Below are positions 17,443 through 24,176 of a DNA stretch of 42,225 nucleotides, piece after piece. Each line of letters opens with the position of its first letter. Position 1 is the first letter of the stretch. A program made the position numbers and the translations under genes. The notes under the pieces were generated by a model, which was not told where the DNA came from, did no database searches, and saw only the letters and a list, made by a program, of their open reading frames with translations. Source of the stretch: Eubacteriales bacterium (lineage in GTDB: Bacteria > Bacillota > Clostridia > Oscillospirales > QAKW01); contig JAZQAQ010000102.1 of assembly GCA_045545255.1 (NCBI GenBank), positions 1-42,225 of the forward strand, in the 5' to 3' direction.

Positions 17443-17797
17443 GTGGCACCCTCCGTAAGGAAGGTGCCACAGTTATATTCGCCTAACGGCGAGTGATATT
17501 GCTACGCAGTTATATTATGCTACGCATAGTGATATTGTCCTTCGGACAGTTAAATGGGCGAATATAATATCACTGAAACCGTTAGGTTTCAATATCACTT
17601 TTGCTGCAAGGCAAAAATATCACTGCAAACGATAGTTTGCAATATCACTTTACCTGCCGAGAAAAATACTCTTTATTTTCGGCGAGTATTTACCTTTCTC
17701 AAAGTACGTAACCCACTATGACACTTTCACAATACAAAAGTATCATTTCTCTTATAAAAGGAAAAAGGAGACAACTTCTTTACGAAGTGTCTCCTTT
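17443..17797 (+). mobile_element. ~355-bp non-coding structured element inserted into a terminator loop (copy A of a repeat family; MITE/PATE-like)
   Basis: Its flanks, 17429-17442 and 17798-17814, reconstitute the intact terminator seen at 22172-22201. Subterminal hairpins at 17442-17471 and 17767-17794. No ORF with an RBS. Homologous in layout and tail sequence to 23112-23451. Confidence 0.55.
17566..17649 (+). repeat. Four AATATCACT motifs at an exact 25-nt period, separated by three different 16-nt hairpins
   Basis: Motif starts at 17566, 17591, 17616 and 17641. Spacers are GAAACC-GTTA-GGTTTC, TTTGC-TGCAAG-GCAAA and GCAAAC-GATA-GTTTGC. Inverted motif copies (AGTGATATT / AGTTATATT) lie at 17471, 17492, 17508 and 17528. 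Confidence 0.85.
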
Positions 17798-17820
17798 CGG
17801 CAGGTTCTTTTTTTGTGTCT

Positions 17821-17878
17821 TCGCGTCGGGATGACCGCTCGGCGTATCATATACGCCTTCGGGACCGTCCCGACGCGA
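17821..17878. repeat. Nested palindrome
   Basis: Outer 11-bp arms TCGCGTCGGGA / TCCCGACGCGA enclose an inner hairpin GGCGTAT-CAT-ATACGCC. GACCGCTC (17833-17840) is also complementary to GAGCGGTC (17893-17900). Confidence 0.6.
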
Positions 17879-17972
17879 TCTGCATCTGATTTGAGCGGTC
17901 TGCGGGAGGAATATCGGAGAAAACGAAAATCTCATCCCATTTGAAAGGTTTGTAAAAACCAAATGAATTAGA

Positions 17973-17999
17973 GACCCCTGAAAAGGGGTCCCTTTTTAT
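17973..17999. terminator. Terminator hairpin at the end of the AraC-family gene
   Basis: GACCCCT-GAAA-AGGGGTC lies next to the stop at 17996-17998. There is a T-run on the plus side and T-rich sequence on the minus side. Confidence 0.55.
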
Positions 18000-18820
18000 T
18001 TCTCATGCTGTTTTCGGTATTCAGTGGGGGTGGTGTGGTAGGTGGCTTTAAAGACCTTATTAAAATAGGTGACGTTTTTAAAGCCTACTTCCGTCGAAAT
18101 TTCGATGATGCTGTGGGAGGTAGAAACAAGCAGTTTTTCTGCCTGTTTCAGTCGTTCCGAGCGGATATAGTCGTTTAGGGAAACACCGGTTTCTTTTTTG
18201 AAAAGTCGGCAAAGGTAGCGAGGATTATAATAAAAGGTCTCTACAAGGTTTTTGGCATACAACTCAAAGTCAAGATTTTCGCGGATATAGTTTTTGATAT
18301 TACGGATCAGGGGTTTTTCGTTCGTCTGAGCATCAGGAAAGTTTTGAAGCAAAAAAAGGATGTAGTTTTCGATGGTTTGGGAGACGCTTCGGCACAGTTC
18401 GGGGGAGAAATCCTGCTCCAAGCTATCTAAAGGGAGCGGCTGTCCCTTTGCCTTTTTTCTCATTTTGCGAAGGGAGTCTTCTCCGTCCGAAATATTGCCG
18501 ATAAAGATGATGGCGGCAACATCGTCCTCTATCAGAACGGGGTGGGTGTACTCATAGATGCCGTTGACACAATGTGCGCCGAAGGCTGTTTTGGTTTTCA
18601 TGGTCTTTTTGATAACGAAGTTTCGGCACCGCAAACATCTTGAGTAGGATTGACTGCTGAGTCTTTTGAAACTGTCACAGATAGGGGTGGCATGAATTTG
18701 GTGATCGGACGGCAGCTTGCAGGCGGTGTTGCCGTAATCCTTGAAAAACAAAACCACAATGTGAAGGTTTGTTTTGTATTCGATCTGTTGGATGAGTTGA
18801 TATAAAAGAGAAACGGACAT
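17996..18820 (-). CDS. AraC-family transcriptional regulator with a PocR-like N-terminal sensor domain
   Basis: C-terminal double HTH (YAKNLVETFYYNPRYLCRLFKKETGVSLNDYIRSERLKQAEKLL...FKNVTYFNKVFKATYHTTPTEYR). Cys-rich N-terminal half. Start set at the ATG at 18820 after GGAG; a TTG lies at 18832. Confidence 0.85.
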   Translation of the reverse strand: MSVSLLYQLIQQIEYKTNLHIVVLFFKDYGNTACKLPSDHQIHATPICDSFKRLSSQSYSRCLRCRNFVIKKTMKTKTAFGAHCVNGIYEYTHPVLIEDDVAAIIFIGNISDGEDSLRKMRKKAKGQPLPLDSLEQDFSPELCRSVSQTIENYILFLLQNFPDAQTNEKPLIRNIKNYIRENLDFELYAKNLVETFYYNPRYLCRLFKKETGVSLNDYIRSERLKQAEKLLVSTSHSIIEISTEVGFKNVTYFNKVFKATYHTTPTEYRKQHEK

Positions 18821-18948
18821 CTTGAACTCCAAAGCACATATTTTTGAAAATTATAGTATAAATGTTTCATTTTTTCAAGTTTTAAAACGATTATTATAAG
18901 AATTTGATTGGGTATGGTGTTACAATAAATAAAAAAGGAGGCGTTTTT

Positions 18949-20175
18949 ATGAATAAGTATGATTTGATCGTTGTCGGTGGCGGAATTTCCGGCATCTGCG
19001 CCGCGGTAGCGGCGGCACGGCAGGAACTTTCGGTGTTACTGCTTGAGGAGTCCGGTGTTCTCGGCGGTGCCATGTCCAACAGCTTGGTGTATCCCTTTAT
19101 GCGTTTTCGGACGCGTGGAGAGGGAGCGAAGCTTCTTTCGGCGGGGTTATTTTCTGAAATTCAAAAACGCCATGCGACTTACGGAGACTCCTCTTGGGAG
19201 ACCTATAAGCTGATCTTCGATGAAATGATGGAGGAGGCGGGGGTGGCCGTCCTGCTCCATGCCACGGTGATGGAGGCCGTCTGTGAGGGGCGGCAGGTCG
19301 TCGGAGTTAAGGCGGCGACCAAAAGCGGTGTTCTGGACTTCTATGCCGATTTCTTTATCGATGCCAGCGGCGACGGTGCCTTGATCGCTCTGACGGGGTG
19401 CGATTATCAGCTGGGCAGAGAAAGCGACGGCTACTGCCAGCCCATGACCACCTGCTTTCGGTTGAGCAACGTGGATATTCCGCAGTTTTTGAAGGAAAAG
19501 GAGACCCTGCAACAGAAGTATAAGGAATACAGAGAAAAGGGTCTCATTCAAAATCCACGTGAAAATATCTTGACTTTTAACGGGATCGGGGACGGCATTT
19601 TGCATTTCAACACCACCCGTATCGTGATGGAGGATCCCACCGATGCCTTTGGGATCAGCCGTGCGGAGATGGGCGCCCGTAAGCAGATCAAGGAGATGTT
19701 TGATTTCATGCGGGAGAATGCAGAGAGCTGTAAAGACGCAAACCTCGTTTACGTGGCAAATCACATCGGTATCCGTGAGAGCCGCAAGCTGAAGGGGGTT
19801 CATATTCTGACCGAGGAAGAGCTGGTTGCCTGCAAGGATTTTGAGGATACCATCGCCCTCGGCTGTTATGATATCGATATCCATAACCCCACCGGAACGG
19901 GAACTTATATCTATAAATTCCAAGGGGATGATTATTACAAGATTCCCTATCGCTGTTTGTTGCCCAAGGAATACGATAATATGCTGGTCGCGGGACGATG
20001 TCTTTCCGCCGATCACGCCGCTCATTCTTCGGTGCGTATCATTCCCATCTGCGCCAATATGGGCGAGGCGGCGGGTATTGCGGCGGCAGTCTGCAAAAAG
20101 GACGGCACCAATGCCCATACCGTAGACGTCCAAAAGGTACGCAATACCTTGCTTGAGAAGGGAGCAATATTATGA
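18949..20175 (+). CDS. FAD-dependent oxidoreductase, paralog of 6688-8046
   Basis: YDLIVVGGGISGICAA dinucleotide motif. Shares IGIRESRK, DIDIH and LVAGRC..(S/A)..H......VR..P blocks with the first copy. AGGAGG RBS before the ATG at 18949. Confidence 0.85.
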   Translation: MNKYDLIVVGGGISGICAAVAAARQELSVLLLEESGVLGGAMSNSLVYPFMRFRTRGEGAKLLSAGLFSEIQKRHATYGDSSWETYKLIFDEMMEEAGVAVLLHATVMEAVCEGRQVVGVKAATKSGVLDFYADFFIDASGDGALIALTGCDYQLGRESDGYCQPMTTCFRLSNVDIPQFLKEKETLQQKYKEYREKGLIQNPRENILTFNGIGDGILHFNTTRIVMEDPTDAFGISRAEMGARKQIKEMFDFMRENAESCKDANLVYVANHIGIRESRKLKGVHILTEEELVACKDFEDTIALGCYDIDIHNPTGTGTYIYKFQGDDYYKIPYRCLLPKEYDNMLVAGRCLSADHAAHSSVRIIPICANMGEAAGIAAAVCKKDGTNAHTVDVQKVRNTLLEKGAIL

Positions 20176-22169
20176 CGGGGATCAACGAAGGGGAGGAAGC
20201 GGAGTTCCTGGTTCCGGTCGGCCTTACGGGAAACTGGCAGACACCGGAGGATGTTGCCGCTACTGTTACACAGCAGCACGAACGGTACGGGTTGAAACGG
20301 TTTGCGCTGGCCGCGCCCGGCTTGGCATGGAGATACAAAGGATATCCTGACGTAACGGTCTATGAGCAGTTTGCCGAAATCTTTTGTCGGGTACGTGAAT
20401 TGTTAAAGGGTCGGGATCTGGCTCTCGGTTGGTGGAGCTCTGTCAATTTGAAGTCCGGCAGACACCCGGATATTCAGCCCGTTGTAAGGGGGGACGGAGA
20501 AGAGCATCCCTTTGCCAACTGCCCCTCCGATGACGAATTTAAGGAACGTCACGCGAAAAATATAGCTACGTTCTGTCGGATCGCAAGGCCGGATTTTATC
20601 ATTATTGAGGATGATTACTGTATCAGTGCGGCGGCAGGCAAATACGGCTGTTTTTGCAAAAACCATCTGGCTGAATTTGAAAAACGTGTGGGAAGACGTT
20701 ATGAGCGGGAAGAATTGGTGCGCATTTTCGGAAAAAAGGAGCAGGACTCCATTGAGCTTCTGAAACGGTACAAGGAAATGCTCAAGGACACTATGGTGGA
20801 TTTTTCTGTTCAGATCAGACGGGAATTGGACAAGCAGACACCGGAAATCCCGATCTGTCTTGCCCAAGCAGGAACCATTGACAACGACGGAAATGCAACA
20901 GAGGCGGTTTGTCGGGCACTGGCAGGCAAGAATCACCGTCCTCTTTGTCGACTTTACGGTGCCTATTACAATGGCGGCGAGATCAAAAATGTTCCCGAAC
21001 TGCTGTACCACGCCGTTTACTGTAAGCAGCATATCAGTGAGGATTTTGGGCTTTATCATGAATCGGATACCTATCCGCATACGCGCTTTTTCACCTCGGC
21101 AAGAATGATGAAAACTTATTTGGGAATTACCTATTCTCAGGGGCTTATCGGTTCTGTTTTTCAGACCCAGCAGCATTTGGACGATCCCGGTGAGGAAACT
21201 GCCTACGGTGAAATGCTGAAAAGCGAGCGTGCTCGCCTGACGGAGCTGATCAAAACGGTATCGGGCTGTACGCCCATGGGGGTGGAGATTCCTTATGATC
21301 CGTTTTATAATTTTATGGAGGAAAGCAGAAATCCGCTTTGGGTAAGACCGGTGACCGCCTTTGGTATCCCCTTTGTCACCACCCCTGCCAAAACGGCATT
21401 TCTGGATGAGGTGAGCGCAAAGTATCTCGGCGATGATGAACTGAAACGCTATCTGTCCGGCAATCTCTTTTTAGACGGGGACGCGGCCTATCACTTGACA
21501 CAACGGGGATACGGCAGATATCTGGGCGTTTCGGTCGGGGAGAACGCCGTTACGGACGAGATGAAGTACGATTTTGCGGCAAAGGAAGTGATTCGGCCGC
21601 CCTTTGACCAATATTCCGTGGGTAAAAATATGCCTGCGGCACATACCTATGCAAAGGGGAAAAATGGCATCCCCAGAAGTATGACCCACCTCGAAGAAAA
21701 GACAGAGATCATCAGCGAGGTTCTTTCCTGCGAAGGAATCCCGTTTACCGTCGGGATGACACGCTTTGAAAACGAGCTGGGCGGTCGGGTCGTGGTGATG
21801 GGGATGACCTTGAGAGGGAACGGCTCGCAATCGCTGTTCAATTACCGCCGTATGAGGCTGTTTGATCAACTGCTTTTATGGGGAAATGCGGAAATTCCCT
21901 TTGTGAAAAACGAGCCGTATCTCCATCTGATCGCCAATAAGGGCGGAAGCGATAAGGATTTTTCCTATCAGATGACGGTGATCAATCTGGCGGAGGATAC
22001 GGTGAGCGGTGCAGAAATATATCTGCCGGAATGTATGCGGAATAAAGAAATTCTGTATCTTACCGCTGACGGATGCTGGGAAAAGGCGGATATTGTCGAA
22101 ACCAAGGATGGGATGATGATCAAGCATCCGTTGGAAATCTGTGAACCGTTGTATCTAACATTCAGATAG
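20172..22169 (+). CDS. Uncharacterised 665-aa cytoplasmic protein (possibly glycoside-hydrolase-like TIM barrel; unverified)
   Basis: ATGA start/stop overlap with the FAD gene. No signal peptide. Not similar to the 660-aa partner of the other FAD gene. Confidence 0.7.
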   Translation: MTGINEGEEAEFLVPVGLTGNWQTPEDVAATVTQQHERYGLKRFALAAPGLAWRYKGYPDVTVYEQFAEIFCRVRELLKGRDLALGWWSSVNLKSGRHPDIQPVVRGDGEEHPFANCPSDDEFKERHAKNIATFCRIARPDFIIIEDDYCISAAAGKYGCFCKNHLAEFEKRVGRRYEREELVRIFGKKEQDSIELLKRYKEMLKDTMVDFSVQIRRELDKQTPEIPICLAQAGTIDNDGNATEAVCRALAGKNHRPLCRLYGAYYNGGEIKNVPELLYHAVYCKQHISEDFGLYHESDTYPHTRFFTSARMMKTYLGITYSQGLIGSVFQTQQHLDDPGEETAYGEMLKSERARLTELIKTVSGCTPMGVEIPYDPFYNFMEESRNPLWVRPVTAFGIPFVTTPAKTAFLDEVSAKYLGDDELKRYLSGNLFLDGDAAYHLTQRGYGRYLGVSVGENAVTDEMKYDFAAKEVIRPPFDQYSVGKNMPAAHTYAKGKNGIPRSMTHLEEKTEIISEVLSCEGIPFTVGMTRFENELGGRVVVMGMTLRGNGSQSLFNYRRMRLFDQLLLWGNAEIPFVKNEPYLHLIANKGGSDKDFSYQMTVINLAEDTVSGAEIYLPECMRNKEILYLTADGCWEKADIVETKDGMMIKHPLEICEPLYLTFR

Positions 22170-22174
22170 AGGAA

Positions 22175-22201
22175 AGAACCTGCTTCGGCAGGTTCTTTTT
22201 T
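22175..22201 (+). terminator. Intrinsic terminator (the intact version of the sequence split at 17.44/17.80 kb)
   Basis: AGAACCTGC-TTCG-GCAGGTTCT followed by TTTTT. Confidence 0.85.
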
Positions 22202-22238
22202 ATATCCCATCATACAATCACCGCTACGGCATCAGCAT

Positions 22239-22658
22239 CCATACATTGATATCCATCAATGTATGGATGCTGTCCGAACGTCAATAATTAGAGGAGCATT
22301 GATGCACATCAATGCCTTGCGATGACTATACATTGATGAGCACCGATGCTTGGCGTTGACATATACATTGATCAGTATCAATGCCTTGAGATAACTATAC
22401 ATTGATGAGAATCAATGTCTTGATATAATTATATATTGATGAGTATCAATGCGTTGCGATAGTTATACATTGATGAGTATCGATGCTTGGTGTTGACATA
22501 TGCATTGATGAGTATCAATGTTTGGCGTTAGCATATACATTGATCAACATTGATGCTTGGTGTTGACAAATACATTGATGAGCATCGATGCCCTGCGATA
22601 GCTATACATTGATGGAGATCGATGTTGGGTTTGGCATATGTATTGATGAGAAGCGAGG
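22239..22658. repeat. Array of 12 CATTGAT-N4-ATCAATG palindromes; ten form a head-to-tail run with a 34-35 bp period
   Basis: Core starts at 22244, 22297, 22331, 22366, 22400, 22434, 22468, 22503, 22538, 22573, 22607 and 22641 (the last is degenerate). There are two spacer variants. The first copy, 22239-22266, is a perfect 12+4+12 palindrome. Confidence 0.9.
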
Positions 22659-22715
22659 TTCTGATGGGGTATTTTAGAGGGGAGGAGTATGTAGATTTAA
22701 AGCATCGTGCAGATA

Positions 22716-22744
22716 TTGACAAATTCACAAAAAATGTTATCATT
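22716..22744 (+). promoter_or_regulatory. Extended -10 promoter of the ArsR-family gene
   Basis: TTGACA (22716-22721), a 16-nt spacer, then TG-T-TATCAT (22735-22743). Confidence 0.65.
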
Positions 22745-22770
22745 TATACATTGATGATCATCAATGTATA
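22745..22770. promoter_or_regulatory. Perfect 26-bp palindromic operator TATACATTGAT-GATC-ATCAATGTATA
   Basis: Lies between the -10 element and the GGAGGG RBS of the wHTH regulator gene. Has the same core as the upstream array. Confidence 0.7.
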
Positions 22771-22788
22771 GGAGGGACGAAGATAACT

Positions 22789-23058
22789 ATGAGCGATCAG
22801 GAGTTGATCCAATGTTTGAAAGTAATGGCGGATCCGATACGCTATGCTATTTTAGATATGCTTCGAGAGCGACCGGCGCACTCTTATGAGCTTTTAGCCG
22901 GATTATCCATTACACAACCGACACTTTCTCATCATATGAAGGTATTGCGAGAATCCGGGTTGGTAACCGTTATACAGGAACCGCGCTGGAAAACCTATGC
23001 ATTAAATGAAATAAAACTCGGCACACTCATCCGACAATTAGAAGAATTCTTGAAGTGA
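22789..23058 (+). CDS. ArsR/SmtB-family winged-helix transcriptional regulator (89 aa), no obvious metal-sensing site
   Basis: ADPIRYAILDML...ELLAGLSITQPTLSHHMKVLRESGLV is the ArsR HTH signature. There is only one Cys (C9), no ELCVCDL motif and no C-terminal His/Asp/Glu cluster. Confidence 0.85.
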   Translation: MSDQELIQCLKVMADPIRYAILDMLRERPAHSYELLAGLSITQPTLSHHMKVLRESGLVTVIQEPRWKTYALNEIKLGTLIRQLEEFLK

Positions 23059-23111
23059 GACGGAGTCAATATTTCTCTTTTTCATTTGAATATTTTGCGG
23101 GATAAAGAGAG

Positions 23112-23451
23112 TCTTTAGCATTGTGTCCCGAAGGACACAATGCAGCGATATAAATCCCTTGCAGGATTTGCGATATGGCAAAGCTGCGATATGTCCTTTT
23201 TGCGCGATATGTGCCTTACGGCACGGGATAGGGGATTTATATCATATCGCATTTACCGATCGGTAAATATATCGTTTTTTCGTCAGAAAAAATATCGCAT
23301 TGCGAAGCAATATATCGCCAAAATAATTACTACCTGAAAAAGAGCTTTGTTTTCTCTTCTTCGGGTAGTTTTGTTTTACACTATTACAAGCAGGAATTTT
23401 GTATGCCAAAATTTCACGTTCTTTATAAAAAACTGACCTTAAGTAATCTAC
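23112..23451 (+). repeat. Copy B1 (~340 bp) of the structured non-coding element family
   Basis: Left hairpin CATTGTGTCC-CGAA-GGACACAATG (23119-23142). GCGATAT motifs at 23145, 23170, 23186 and 23204. Inverted ATATCG(C) motifs at 23244, 23269, 23292 and 23312, each separated by a different hairpin. The tail resembles 17650-17766. Boundaries are approximate. Confidence 0.7.
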
Positions 23452-23573
23452 TCTTTAGCATTGTGTCCCCAAGGACACAATGCAGCGATATAAATCCCTT
23501 GCAGGATTTGCAATATAGCAAAGCTGCGATATGTGCCTTGCGGCACGGGAAAGTGGATTTATATCATATCGCA
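23452..23573 (+). repeat. Copy B2, a truncated tandem copy of the same element
   Basis: Near-identical to B1 over the left hairpin and the motif array, apart from an 18-nt deletion. Homology stops at ATATCGCA (23573). Confidence 0.75.
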
Positions 23574-23575
23574 CA

Positions 23576-23604
23576 TTGACCTTGGTTTTAAAATATGGTA
23601 TGAT
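23576..23604 (+). promoter_or_regulatory. Candidate promoter of the ygjV operon at the B2 truncation point
   Basis: TTGACC (23576-23581), a 17-nt spacer, then TATGAT (23599-23604), 30 nt upstream of the ATG. Confidence 0.5.
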
Positions 23605-23633
23605 GATAAAAAATAGTAGAAGCGGAGAAGAGG

Positions 23634-24176
23634 ATGCATTTTTTAGAGCGGTTGATAACGGAAAACGGCATCGCCTGGGTGGTCGGTCAGGGCTTTGGCA
23701 TACTGGCGATCATCCTGGGATTTATTTCCTATCAAGTGCGGACGCAGCGTCAAATTTTGTTTATGCAAAGTATGGTCGCGGTGGTGTTTAGCATACATTA
23801 CTTTTTGATCGGGGCTTATTCCGGTATGGCGATGAACGCCTTGAATATCGCTCGAAATATTTGCTACGATTATCGGGTGAGAAAGGGCATCTGCAGTAAG
23901 CTGATTCCCATCGGCTTTGTTGTACTGCAGGCGGCGATCTGCAGCTTGACTTGGGAAGCGTGGTATTCGGTATTTGTGATGCTGGGGATTTGCATCAATA
24001 GCTATTGTATGTCTTTTTCAGATCCGCAAAACGTGCGAAAAAGCATTCTTGTGACCTCGCCGATGGTGCTGACCTACGATGCATTTGCCCGTTCGGTGGG
24101 CGGATTTATTTACGAAGCGGTGGCGCTTGCTTCTGCAATGATTGGAATTTTGAGAAATAGGGGGAAGAAAAAATGA
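23634..24176 (+). CDS. YgjV-family inner membrane protein
   Basis: 180-aa protein with about 5-6 TM segments, and the pattern GQGFGILAIILGFISYQVRTQRQIL...IHYFLIGAYSGMAMNALNIARN is typical of YgjV. GAGAAGAGG RBS. Confidence 0.7.
   Translation: MHFLERLITENGIAWVVGQGFGILAIILGFISYQVRTQRQILFMQSMVAVVFSIHYFLIGAYSGMAMNALNIARNICYDYRVRKGICSKLIPIGFVVLQAAICSLTWEAWYSVFVMLGICINSYCMSFSDPQNVRKSILVTSPMVLTYDAFARSVGGFIYEAVALASAMIGILRNRGKKK

Noticed and set aside
17780-17962. 60-aa minus-strand ORF between the inserted element and the AraC gene
   Set aside because: It has no RBS, spans palindromic non-coding sequence and has a Pro/Arg/Ser-rich composition.
19147-20133. 328-aa minus-strand ORF opposite the second FAD oxidoreductase
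   Set aside because: It is antisense to a gene with a clear dinucleotide-binding motif and a paralog in the window, and it has no RBS.
22297-22658. Possible CRISPR array
   Set aside because: The period is only 34-35 bp. The segments between palindromes are themselves conserved (two variants) rather than unique spacers. No cas genes are present. The repeat core equals the operator of the adjacent regulator.
22528-22743. 71-aa ORF on the minus strand inside the palindrome array
   Set aside because: It is an artefact of translating a tandem repeat, with no RBS and a repetitive nonsense sequence.
22716-23058. TubR/ParR-type partition module
   Set aside because: The small wHTH protein plus site array resembles centromere systems. 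However, no TubZ, ParM or ParA-type NTPase or replication gene is adjacent, so I report only the resemblance and make no call.
23140-23791. ORFs of 65 aa (23140-23337) and 86 aa (23531-23791) across the structured repeats
   Set aside because: They are made of repeat motifs (the GCGATAT arrays read as RY/IS repeats) and have no RBS. The second overlaps the well-supported ygjV gene in another frame.
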